A model generated the notes under the pieces. That model was not told where the DNA came from and did not search any database. It saw only the letters and a list, made by a program, of their open reading frames with translations. Positions 47,970 through 57,453 of a DNA stretch of 64,000 nucleotides are shown piece after piece (position 1 is the stretch's first letter; every line of letters starts with the position of its first letter). The DNA lies in assembly GCA_051748045.1 (NCBI GenBank), contig JBNJGY010000002.1, positions 63,701-127,700 of the forward strand, given 5' to 3'. The DNA comes from Thermotogota bacterium. GTDB taxonomy: Bacteria; Thermotogota; Thermotogae; Petrotogales; Petrotogaceae. Position numbers and translations under genes: made by a program.

Positions 47970-50003
47970 ATGAAAAAAGTATTAGTCTTACTAATAATTA
48001 CTATTAATATATTAGCCTTTTCTCAAGTTAATATAGTAGATTTGAAAACATCATCACCAGCTTATCCACATGTAGTAAGAATGGTAGATAATAATATAAT
48101 GGATATAGATAATCAAAATAGATTTAATGGTGGTACAACTGTACCAAAATACGATTTGGCGATTTTTGGCTCTAAAATGTTAGACCATTTAGAAAATAAA
48201 TATGGTGAAAAAATTTTTGAATTTGAAAATCGATTAGCAAATTTTGAAAACCAAAATTTACCTTCTAGAATAGAAAATTTAGAAAATAGTTTTTTTAATT
48301 ATGATGAAGTTATAACAAAACTTAATAATAATTATACAGATTTAAATAAAAAGGTAAACGACTTGGTAGAGATTATTACTCCAGGTACAGAAATAAATAA
48401 AGATAATGTTGCATTCAATAATATTGTAAAAAATGCTGAAAGAGTTGCTGAAGAAGCAGCAATTGATCAATTAGAAAATTTAAGGAAACAAACATTATCT
48501 ACAGTAATAGAATTTGAAAATAAATTACAAAATTTCCAAGAAGAAGTAAACAATTTAAACAGTAAATATGATAAAAGTATAGAGTATTTAAACACTATAA
48601 TAGTTTCTCGAGAAGAAGAAAGTAGAGAAGAATTGAGAAACTATGTAGATAATAAATTTTCCAATGAAATGGATGCTTTAAAAACTTCATTGAGAAATAT
48701 AGCAAATTCTGAAGTTGGTTATTTGAGAGAAGACATGCAAGATGAATTTAATGATGTTAATGGAAGGATTTCAGATATTGAAAATAATCAAGATCAATTC
48801 AATAATAATAGAATGAATTCTCTAGAATCTATGATCAATGACCTTAAAGACAAGATAAATTATCTTGAAGATTATACAGTTCCTTCTTCTCCTGTTCAAA
48901 ATGAAGAAAACTTAGAATTAAACGCTAAATATCAGTATTTAAATACACAATTAGAAAGAGTTAAAAATAATATAGATTTATTAGATGATCAAGTTTCTTT
49001 TAATAAATCATATATAGATTCATTTTCTAATAGAGAAGAAATAATTAATTCAAAAATGAGTAGTTTAAATGAAAAATATAATAATTTAGAATCTGAAATA
49101 ATTTTTATTGGTAAAAAAGTAGATAATGTTCTATATCAAATGGCCAATTTAGAAACTCCAGAATTAAATAACGAAGAACTAACTAATATGAGTGAAAGAA
49201 TTTCATCTTTAGAAAGATATATAAGTAATTTTTCTGATGAGATAAGCCAATTAAGTGTGTATTCAAAAGGATTTGAATCCATTAACAATGAAATTAGTAC
49301 TATAGAAGACCAGCTGAATAAAAACCAAGCTCAGATGAAAAATATTGAAGACACTTTTGAAACATTCAAAGCTCAAATGAACTCTATTTCTTCAATAACA
49401 GATTTTGATGAAGAATCATTAGAAAAACTTGGAGATTTGGGCAACATAGGTGTTAGAGTTTCTAATAATCAAGAAAAAATTGATAGTTTAAATAAAGAAG
49501 TTTTCCAAAATGAAAATGAAATAACTGTGTTGGAAAACAAATTAGGAGAATTAACTTCTTCTATTGAAAGTTTTGATATAAACTCTACTGAAATAAATAA
49601 TTTAAAGTCTGATATTGAAGAATTGTTTGATGAATATTATAGTATGAAAAATGAAATGCAAGATGACATCAATAAACAAGAATTTAAAAACGAAATAAAA
49701 AATGAACTTCGGTCAGAGGTTTCTAATGAGCTAATAGCAAGAGATAGAAGGATTAACAACTTAGAAAATCAATTAAATCAAATTAAACAAAATGAAGGAA
49801 ATACAAGTGATACTTCAGAAACAAGCTATTCAGATTCTGGTCTTTCAAGAAGTAATGCTGATAAAATTCAGGATTTAAACAATAAGATAGAAGAACTAGA
49901 AAAACCAGAACAATTTAAATTATGGTCAACAATAACAACTGGTTTAATAGGAGTTGGGGTTGGAGCCTTTATAACTTGGTTTGTATTATCAAGCGGTATT
50001 TAG
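47970..50003 (+). CDS. Omp-alpha-like toga spacer protein (signal peptide, SLH-like domain, long coiled coil, C-terminal hydrophobic anchor)
   Basis: DL...SPAY..V..MV...IM......F.G...V.KYDLA (SLH-like); heptad-rich body; TITTGLIGVGVGAFITWFVL anchor. Confidence 0.75.
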   Translation: MKKVLVLLIITINILAFSQVNIVDLKTSSPAYPHVVRMVDNNIMDIDNQNRFNGGTTVPKYDLAIFGSKMLDHLENKYGEKIFEFENRLANFENQNLPSRIENLENSFFNYDEVITKLNNNYTDLNKKVNDLVEIITPGTEINKDNVAFNNIVKNAERVAEEAAIDQLENLRKQTLSTVIEFENKLQNFQEEVNNLNSKYDKSIEYLNTIIVSREEESREELRNYVDNKFSNEMDALKTSLRNIANSEVGYLREDMQDEFNDVNGRISDIENNQDQFNNNRMNSLESMINDLKDKINYLEDYTVPSSPVQNEENLELNAKYQYLNTQLERVKNNIDLLDDQVSFNKSYIDSFSNREEIINSKMSSLNEKYNNLESEIIFIGKKVDNVLYQMANLETPELNNEELTNMSERISSLERYISNFSDEISQLSVYSKGFESINNEISTIEDQLNKNQAQMKNIEDTFETFKAQMNSISSITDFDEESLEKLGDLGNIGVRVSNNQEKIDSLNKEVFQNENEITVLENKLGELTSSIESFDINSTEINNLKSDIEELFDEYYSMKNEMQDDINKQEFKNEIKNELRSEVSNELIARDRRINNLENQLNQIKQNEGNTSDTSETSYSDSGLSRSNADKIQDLNNKIEELEKPEQFKLWSTITTGLIGVGVGAFITWFVLSSGI

Positions 50004-50027
50004 TAATTAAAGTGAGTTGAAATAAAT

Positions 50028-50825
50028 ATGAAAAAAGCATTGGTATTAGGAAGTGGTGGAATAAGGGGAATGGCTCATGTAGCCTTCCTGGAAGTTATGA
50101 AAGAAAAAGGTAAAAATAATTATGATATAATTACAGGTTGTTCAATAGGAGCTATGATTGGAGGGGTTTATGCATTAGATCCCTCTGTTGATTTATATAA
50201 AATTGCAGAAGAAACAATCGAGAAAAATTTGCAAAAATTGGATAAAGTATCAAAATCTATGAATTCAAAAGCCATGAATTATAGATTTCAAAGTTTTACA
50301 GGTCTTTTATCGAATTCTGGAGTTAACCCAAATGAACTAATATATGAAATATCCAAAGAATTATTTGGTAGTAAAAGATTTAGTGATTGTAAAATACCTT
50401 TTGGTGTTTTAAGCTATGATGTAGAGAGTTGTAAAAATATCGAAATAGACGAAGGGTTTTTAACGGACTCTATTATGGCTTCTGCAAATGTTCCTGGTGC
50501 TTTTGACCCTGTAAGGCTTGGTGGAATGAAATTAGTCGATGGAGGAGTTTTATCATCGCTACCTATTAATTTAGCAATAAAAATGGGGGGAGAATATATC
50601 ATAACAAATGATATTTCACCTTTAATAAAAAAAGAAGATTTTGAAAATGGTATGGAATATATGAATTATATAGATCTTTTCAAAATAAATAAAATTAATA
50701 AGATTGAAAAACAAAAATCAGATGAGAACTACAAGTTTAATATTGAAGTACCTTGGGATAATTTTGATTCTTATAAAGATATTTATAAAAAAGCTAAAGA
50801 TTATTATGGAAGTGAAATTAAATGA
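50028..50825 (+). CDS. Patatin-like phospholipase
   Basis: LGSGG.RG.AH, GCSIG nucleophile, ASANVPG.F, DGG. Confidence 0.9.
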   Translation: MKKALVLGSGGIRGMAHVAFLEVMKEKGKNNYDIITGCSIGAMIGGVYALDPSVDLYKIAEETIEKNLQKLDKVSKSMNSKAMNYRFQSFTGLLSNSGVNPNELIYEISKELFGSKRFSDCKIPFGVLSYDVESCKNIEIDEGFLTDSIMASANVPGAFDPVRLGGMKLVDGGVLSSLPINLAIKMGGEYIITNDISPLIKKEDFENGMEYMNYIDLFKINKINKIEKQKSDENYKFNIEVPWDNFDSYKDIYKKAKDYYGSEIK

Positions 50826-51598
50826 AAATACATATAGGAGGAACATTAGAAGGTATATATTGGACTTCTGGTGTAGTAGATAATCTAATAAAAAACAACA
50901 TAGACCTAGAAATATATGCAACAGGAGCTTCTTCTTTGATTGCTGTATTCTATTCAATATATAATAAAAATTTTTTTGCTAAATTAAAAGCTTTTATAAA
51001 TGATAAAGATAATCCATTACAAAATCTTATGAATACTTCAGATATGTATAAAAACAGATATTCTCAAGCGACGACATTATTTAAAATTGGAAGAAGTAAA
51101 GATGCTCTATACAAACATGATGAATTAAGAGAATTCTTTGAAGATAATTTTAATGAGTTGAAAATTTCTGATATGGATGAAAATATAAACTTTGAATTAT
51201 TCAATGTTACAAAAGAATCACCAGAATGGGCATCAAAAGATACAAAAATTGTGGATATGCTCTTAGCACAATTTTCTTATCCTCCATTTTATAAATATTA
51301 CGTTATTAATGAGGAAAAATATATACCAACATCTTATGTATCTTTCATTCCATGGAAAAATATTGAGAATTCTATTATAATAAATTTTGACATGAAAATT
51401 GATTATCCTGTACCAAATAACGGATTAGAAATTTTGTTAAATGCTTCTCATAATAGAACGAAAAAATTATTTACCTTGTTAACAAATAATAATACAGTTC
51501 TTCTTCCTGAGAACATATCTAAAGAACCATTTATGATTAATTGTTTTTTCAAGGGTCAAAAAGAGTCAGAAATTATATTGGAGGATAAAAATGAATAA
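50822..51598 (+). CDS. Degenerate patatin-like protein
   Basis: Same layout (IGG..EG, ATGASS, A..SYPPF) but GxSxG and DGG lost. Confidence 0.55.
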   Translation: MKIHIGGTLEGIYWTSGVVDNLIKNNIDLEIYATGASSLIAVFYSIYNKNFFAKLKAFINDKDNPLQNLMNTSDMYKNRYSQATTLFKIGRSKDALYKHDELREFFEDNFNELKISDMDENINFELFNVTKESPEWASKDTKIVDMLLAQFSYPPFYKYYVINEEKYIPTSYVSFIPWKNIENSIIINFDMKIDYPVPNNGLEILLNASHNRTKKLFTLLTNNNTVLLPENISKEPFMINCFFKGQKESEIILEDKNE

Positions 51599-52211
51599 AA
51601 TTTTTCTTGTTATACTTTTAACTGTATTAGCAACAATTTCTTTTAGTGAATTAATAAATGTTAAAGCTGGAGATTTTATTGGTGGAGAAGATTATAATGT
51701 CTTAAAAAATGAAGTTATGATAAAAAAAGGAGATCTTATAATTGAAACTGATTCAGCTACGATAACTTTAGTAAATGATGAATGGAGAAATCTAACCAGT
51801 TCAGAAATGAAAATATCTTCTGATACCTATAAAGCATCATCTACATCAACAGAGTTTGATTTACAAACTGAAAAAGGGACTTTAGAAGGCAACGTTGTTG
51901 CAAATATATATCTAGATGATTCAGAATTAATTATAACTACAGATGTACTTGAAATAGATAATAAAAATAAAAGTTATTCTGGGAAATCAGAAGAAATAAC
52001 AACAATATTAAAAGACAATTATGTTATAAAAGCAAAACAATTTGAATATAGCGAAAGTGAAAAAATACTTTATTTATCGGGGAACGTTTCCATTATTAAC
52101 GAAGAGAAAAAAATAGAACTGTTATCTGATAATGCTACATTCAATACTGAAACTGATGAAATGAAGGCAGAAAAAGTTGATTTAACGCTTGAAATAGAAG
52201 ATGAAGAATAG
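51591..52211 (+). CDS. Exported LptA/OstA-like beta-jellyroll protein
   Basis: Signal peptide; repeated L.GNV.I, I.TD....D motifs. Confidence 0.65.
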   Translation: MNKIFLVILLTVLATISFSELINVKAGDFIGGEDYNVLKNEVMIKKGDLIIETDSATITLVNDEWRNLTSSEMKISSDTYKASSTSTEFDLQTEKGTLEGNVVANIYLDDSELIITTDVLEIDNKNKSYSGKSEEITTILKDNYVIKAKQFEYSESEKILYLSGNVSIINEEKKIELLSDNATFNTETDEMKAEKVDLTLEIEDEE

Positions 52212-52222
52212 GAGGATATACA

Positions 52223-53497
52223 ATGCTAGATATAAAATATGTTAGAAGTAATATAGATGATGTTAAAAAGGCATTAGAAAAAAGAAATAGTGACACTAAA
52301 ATTCTTGATGAATTAATAAAATTGGATGAAAAAAGAAGAGAAATAATGCAAAAAGTTCAAGATTTAAGATCTGAAAGAAATAATATATCTAAAAATATAG
52401 CTAAATTAAAATCTGAAGGAAGACATGGTGAAGCTGATGAAATAATTAAAAGAGGGAAAATTATAGCAGATGACGTCAAAGAATTAGATTCACAATTAAA
52501 AAAAATTGAAGTTGATTACGAAATGAAATTATTATATATACCAAATATCCCTGCTCAAGAGGTTCCTTTTGGGAAAGATGAAAGTGAAAACCAAGAGATA
52601 AAAAAATGGGGAGAACCAATAAATTTCAAATTCGAGCCAAAAGCCCATTGGGATCTAGGGACAGATTTAGATATGTTAGATTTTGACAGAGGAGCAAAAT
52701 TATCAGGAGCTAGATTTACTGTAATTAAAAAAGATATTGCTAAGTTATCAAGAGCTATAAAAAACTTCATGTTGGATTTTCATACTGAAGAAAATGGATA
52801 TGTTGAGATTAATCCTCCTCATTTAGTAACAAGAGATACAATCACAGCAACAGGCCAATTACCGAAATTTGAAGAAGATCTATATAACACAAATCCAGAT
52901 GATATGTTTTTAATACCAACAGCAGAGGTAACCCTAGTTGGTTTACATAAAGATGAAGTCTTAAATAGAAGTGAACTTCCACTTAAATATACTGCATATA
53001 CCCCGTGTTACAGAAGAGAAGCAGGAAGTTATGGAAGAGATGTTAGAGGTATAATACGTCAGCATCAATTTGATAAAGTTGAGTTAGTTTGGCACGTAAG
53101 ACCTGAAGAATCAGAAAAAGCTTTAGAAAAATTGACAAAAGATGCTGAAAAAGTTTTACAGTTATTAGGACTTCCTTATAGAATGGTAAGTTTATGTACT
53201 GGTGATTTGGGTTTTGCTGCAAAAAAAACTTATGATTTAGAAGTATGGTTACCATCCTATGAAGATTACAAAGAAATTTCTTCTTGTTCAAATACAGGTG
53301 ATTTTCAAGCAAGAAGAGCTAATATAAGGTTTAGAGATGAAAAAAATAAAATGCAATTTGTTCATACATTGAATGGCTCAGGGTTAGCAGTTGGAAGAAC
53401 TCTTGTAGCCATTATGGAAAATTATCAAATGGAAGACGGTAGAATTAGAGTACCTGAAAAATTAATCCCATATATGGGTAAGGAGATTATTGGTTAA
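52223..53497 (+). CDS. serS: Serine--tRNA ligase
   Basis: MLDIK..R, IPN, TGQLPKF, LIPTAEV, RREAG..GRD.RG..RQHQF.KVE, EISSCSN..DFQARR, TLNGSGLAVGR. Confidence 0.97.
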   Translation: MLDIKYVRSNIDDVKKALEKRNSDTKILDELIKLDEKRREIMQKVQDLRSERNNISKNIAKLKSEGRHGEADEIIKRGKIIADDVKELDSQLKKIEVDYEMKLLYIPNIPAQEVPFGKDESENQEIKKWGEPINFKFEPKAHWDLGTDLDMLDFDRGAKLSGARFTVIKKDIAKLSRAIKNFMLDFHTEENGYVEINPPHLVTRDTITATGQLPKFEEDLYNTNPDDMFLIPTAEVTLVGLHKDEVLNRSELPLKYTAYTPCYRREAGSYGRDVRGIIRQHQFDKVELVWHVRPEESEKALEKLTKDAEKVLQLLGLPYRMVSLCTGDLGFAAKKTYDLEVWLPSYEDYKEISSCSNTGDFQARRANIRFRDEKNKMQFVHTLNGSGLAVGRTLVAIMENYQMEDGRIRVPEKLIPYMGKEIIG

Positions 53498-54183
53498 TGC
53501 CTAATTACTTTTTTGGTAACAAAAAAGAAGACAATATAATTTTAGGAAAAGATGAAACAGCTCATTTAAAAGTTGTAAAAAAAGAACCAGGAAATATAAT
53601 AGACGTAATAACTGGTGATGGTTATTTTTATAAAGCTGTTATAGAAAAAATTGGTAAAAAAGAATCAATTCTAAAAATAACTGAAAAAACAAAAGATGAA
53701 TCAGAATATAAACCAGAAATTTCTCTTTACTTAGGTATGAGTAAATGGGATAGAATGAGAATAATAATAGAAAAATCTGCAGAACTGCGTGTCCAAAAAT
53801 TATTTGTGTTTAAAGGACAGAAATCTCATCAAAATTATAAAAATTTAGATAAGTTTTACAAATATATAATAGAATCAATGAAGCAAACTGGATATTCGAA
53901 AACACCTCATGTAGAATTTATAGAGTTCAAAAAAATTCCTGTAAAAAATTCTTTAGTACTTGATTTTGAAGCCAACAATGATTTTAGAGAATCTATAATC
54001 AGGTTAAAAAAAAATATAAACTTGATTATAGGACCAGATGTAGGTTTTTCTAAAGATGAGAAATTATTTTTTGCTAATAATAACTTTTCAATAATTTCTC
54101 CTGGAAACACTATAATGAGATTTGAAACTGCTGCAATATATACATTAAGTGCTATAAATTTTATAAATGACAGATTAATATAA
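53497..54183 (+). CDS. rsmE: 16S rRNA m3U1498 methyltransferase
   Basis: HL.V, EK..EL.V, Q, IIGP..GFS..E, G..IMR.ETA. Confidence 0.88.
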   Translation: MPNYFFGNKKEDNIILGKDETAHLKVVKKEPGNIIDVITGDGYFYKAVIEKIGKKESILKITEKTKDESEYKPEISLYLGMSKWDRMRIIIEKSAELRVQKLFVFKGQKSHQNYKNLDKFYKYIIESMKQTGYSKTPHVEFIEFKKIPVKNSLVLDFEANNDFRESIIRLKKNINLIIGPDVGFSKDEKLFFANNNFSIISPGNTIMRFETAAIYTLSAINFINDRLI

Positions 54184-54184
54184 T

Positions 54185-54217
54185 TCGGAGCGTATAATGC
54201 TCCGATTTTATTTTTTT
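54185..54217 (+). terminator. Intrinsic terminator
   Basis: TCGGAGC-GTATAAT-GCTCCGA-TTTTATTTTTTT. Confidence 0.8.
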
Positions 54218-54325
54218 AAATCTCTTAGTATAATGTATAATTAAATGATAAAAAGAAAACAAAAAACATTGAAATTAGGATAAAATAAAATATTTATAGA
54301 ATTATTAATCATGAGGAGGAAGATC

Positions 54326-54991
54326 ATGGCTGACAAAAAAGAAAAAAAGAAGAAGTCTTCTCTAAAAACTATTTTTACTTTCTTTGTAGTAGGGTTAATA
54401 ATAGCGATTGGGTTATTAAGTATAGGGTATATTGCTTTTGAATTCAATAGAATTTCTTATTATAATTTGGATTTAAGAAATGATTGGAGAAGTTATTTAG
54501 CTTTTTTAACAAAAGATATTCCTTACTTAAATGATTTTGTGGAGTATGAATACCTTGAAATTGGGAATCCTTTAGAAAACCAGAAACAATTAGTTGACTC
54601 AAGGCTATCTGCTCTGGACAGCATGAAAGATGAAATAGAAAAAAACAAAAACGAATTAGACAAAATACAATCACAAATTTCTGAGAGCTCAGAAGAGTTA
54701 ATAACAAAACAAAGAGAAATTGACCTATTAGAAGCTGAATATCAAGAAAAAATAGCTCAATATAACGATTATCAAAATAGAATTGAGAAATTAGCTTCAT
54801 GGTTAAATTCTTCAACACCACAACAAATTGCAAATGCTTTGATACGTGATGAGGTAAGTGTTGAATTAATAGTAGACTCTTTTTATGTGATGGAGTCTAA
54901 AACAGTAGCAGAAATATTGCAAGCATTAGCAAACTTAAATCCTGAAAAAGCAGCAAAAATTATAGCTACTCTTGGTAATAGGGGAGGATAA
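54326..54991 (+). CDS. Flagellar-associated membrane-anchored coiled-coil protein (MotE/FlbB/YlxF-like)
   Basis: N-terminal TM, coiled coil, MgtE_N-like C-terminus (M....VAEIL..L...P.KAA.I); upstream of fliK. Confidence 0.65.
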   Translation: MADKKEKKKKSSLKTIFTFFVVGLIIAIGLLSIGYIAFEFNRISYYNLDLRNDWRSYLAFLTKDIPYLNDFVEYEYLEIGNPLENQKQLVDSRLSALDSMKDEIEKNKNELDKIQSQISESSEELITKQREIDLLEAEYQEKIAQYNDYQNRIEKLASWLNSSTPQQIANALIRDEVSVELIVDSFYVMESKTVAEILQALANLNPEKAAKIIATLGNRGG

Positions 54992-54992
54992 T

Positions 54993-56741
54993 ATGAAAGC
55001 TAGTTCTATTGTAGATAATGTTATTAACATTAAAAAAGATATTTCACAAGTTAATAAAAAATCAGATAATTCATTTAACAAGTTAATTGATTCAGAAACA
55101 AAGAATATAAGTAATAATTATAATAATGAAAAGAAATATGTATCTGAAGAAAAAGTTGAAGAATCAAAAACAGTTTTTAATAAAATTGATAATATAAAAA
55201 AGAGTGAAGTAAAACCAGAAGAAGTAAAAGAAATGTTATCTGAAAAATTACCTAAAAAATTAGAAAAGTTAATTAGTTTTTTGGGTTCTACTGATAAGGA
55301 AGAGATAACTGAAGAAAAGTTATCTGAATTGAAAAATTTGATTCAAAATTTAATAAAAACTCTTAAAAAAGTAAAAGAAGACGATAATCCACCACTCAAA
55401 GAACAACTAATTTCTGATTTAAAAGAAATAAATAAAAAGTTAAAAGAATTATTTCCTGATAAAGATATTAAAGTCAATTTAGTAAATTTCAAAGATAATC
55501 TATTAGTTGACATAAAAATAGATGATAAAAGTCTTGTTTTTGCTTTAGACAACAAAAAATTTAATATATATAAATATATACATAAAGAAGATATAAATAA
55601 TACTCAAAGTACTGATAAATCTAAAAAAAATAAAAATACTAAAGATTTAAGTAATATAGTAAAAGACGATAAAAAAATCGAAGATAATTCAAAAACAGAA
55701 GAAAATAACATAAAGAACAAAACTATTTTATCCTTAGTTCACGATGAAAAAAAATCTGGTGAAAACAAATCATTTGAAAATAATGACTTAGCTTTTTTAG
55801 ATAATAATGAATTTAATAAAAACTCTCTTATAAAAATTGAAGAACTAATAAGAAATTTTATAGAAAGCAAAAAAAATAATTCTTCACAAGATAAAGCAAA
55901 TAACGTGAAAATAAAATTATCTCAGATGCTAGTTAATAAAAATGATTTTATAAAATTATCAAAAAACATATCATATTTTGATCTTACTGATAGAATCAAA
56001 TCAAAAACAAATCAAGATAACAAAAAGACAAAATTAATTACTGATGAAACTAAATTAGAAAATAAAATAGAAATAAAACCATTAAAAAATAAAAAAAATA
56101 ATGATAAAAAACTCATAAATGATAATTTCATAGAAGAAAAAAATGATGGGGATATTGAAAAAAATAAAAATAAACAAAATGATGAATCAAAAATAAAGAT
56201 AAATAATGAAAATGTTGAAATAAATAAAAACAATAAATCAATTAACAATGAATCATCAAACGGAAACGTAAAAATCAATCCAACAAATAACAACTCAACA
56301 AACATTGCAACGAATAGAATATCTCAAAGCCAAGCTCAAACTATAAATCTTAGAGAATTTAATTCACATATACAAGAAATTGTTAATCAAAGAACGACTG
56401 AAAATACATTCAGAGAAATAGTTACTTTGAAAGTTAACCCACCAGATTTAGGAAATGTAGACGTTGAAATAGCAAAGAATGGAAAATCAATAAGTATTAG
56501 TATAATGACTGAAAACGAAAATGCTAAAAGTTTTATTAGTAGAACTATTCAAGCTTTAATAGGAAATTTAAGAGATCAAGGGTTCAATCCAATTAATGTA
56601 AAAGTAGAAACAGCTCCAGAACCTGATCTGATGGACACAGAAAAACAAGATGAACAAAAAAATGATCAAGATCAACAAACTGAAGAAAATAACGAAGAAA
56701 GAGAATTTGAAAATATTTTAAGAGGTGAAGAAAATGTTTAA
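54993..56741 (+). CDS. fliK: Flagellar hook-length control protein FliK
   Basis: Low-complexity K/N-rich body, C-terminal L.VNPPDLG.V.V; upstream of flgD. Confidence 0.85.
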   Translation: MKASSIVDNVINIKKDISQVNKKSDNSFNKLIDSETKNISNNYNNEKKYVSEEKVEESKTVFNKIDNIKKSEVKPEEVKEMLSEKLPKKLEKLISFLGSTDKEEITEEKLSELKNLIQNLIKTLKKVKEDDNPPLKEQLISDLKEINKKLKELFPDKDIKVNLVNFKDNLLVDIKIDDKSLVFALDNKKFNIYKYIHKEDINNTQSTDKSKKNKNTKDLSNIVKDDKKIEDNSKTEENNIKNKTILSLVHDEKKSGENKSFENNDLAFLDNNEFNKNSLIKIEELIRNFIESKKNNSSQDKANNVKIKLSQMLVNKNDFIKLSKNISYFDLTDRIKSKTNQDNKKTKLITDETKLENKIEIKPLKNKKNNDKKLINDNFIEEKNDGDIEKNKNKQNDESKIKINNENVEINKNNKSINNESSNGNVKINPTNNNSTNIATNRISQSQAQTINLREFNSHIQEIVNQRTTENTFREIVTLKVNPPDLGNVDVEIAKNGKSISISIMTENENAKSFISRTIQALIGNLRDQGFNPINVKVETAPEPDLMDTEKQDEQKNDQDQQTEENNEEREFENILRGEENV

Positions 56742-57441
56742 TGGTATAACGCCTTCTCACATATACGAATCTAGTTTTAATGCGCAAAAAGATAGAGAAA
56801 TAAAAAAAGAATTAGATAAAGATGCTTTTTTACAGCTATTAGTTACTGAATTAAAACATCAAGACCCGACCTCACCAATGGATAATAAAGAATTTATTTC
56901 CCAGATGTCTCAGTTATCTACAACAGAACAGATAACAAACATGAGTAAATCTTTTCAGAATATGGTTGATTCTCAAATGTCTCTACAAAAATTGAATGCA
57001 GCTGGACTTGTGGGGAAAAATGTAGTAGTTAAAAATAATTCTGTTAATTTACAAGACGGAATATCAGAAGGTATAATTTTCAATTTAGAAGAACAAGCGT
57101 CAGTAGGATTAGAAATTTATAATGGTAATGATGAATTAGTTTATTCAGAACAATTAGGCGGCAAGGAAGCCGGAGTCCATTCTTTTGCATGGGATGGAAG
57201 AGATAATAATGGTGTTGCTCAACAAGACGGAAAATACACTTATAAATTGCACAAAAATGTTGACGGAGAGAGAGTAGAAATAGGTGGGTTAGATGGAGGA
57301 ACAGTGAATTCAGTACAATTTTTAAACAACGAATTTTTTGTGTTGGTTAATGGCCAAAAATATCCTATTTCTGCAGTACAAGAAATTTCCGAAGCGATTG
57401 ATTCTGGTGACGAAAATAACAACAATAATGAAAACGTTTAG
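56734..57441 (+). CDS. flgD: Flagellar hook capping protein FlgD
   Basis: LDKDAFLQLLVTELKHQDPT.PMD, Q.SQLS..EQ, F.WDG.D..G.....G.Y. Confidence 0.95.
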   Translation: MFNGITPSHIYESSFNAQKDREIKKELDKDAFLQLLVTELKHQDPTSPMDNKEFISQMSQLSTTEQITNMSKSFQNMVDSQMSLQKLNAAGLVGKNVVVKNNSVNLQDGISEGIIFNLEEQASVGLEIYNGNDELVYSEQLGGKEAGVHSFAWDGRDNNGVAQQDGKYTYKLHKNVDGERVEIGGLDGGTVNSVQFLNNEFFVLVNGQKYPISAVQEISEAIDSGDENNNNNENV

Positions 57442-57453
57442 GGGGTATTATAA

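Noticed and set aside
47970-50003. SMC partner of ScpAB
   Set aside because: No Walker A/B motifs; has a signal peptide and C-terminal membrane anchor
52200-52223. T-box leader before serS
   Set aside because: Only 11 bp separate serS from the upstream gene
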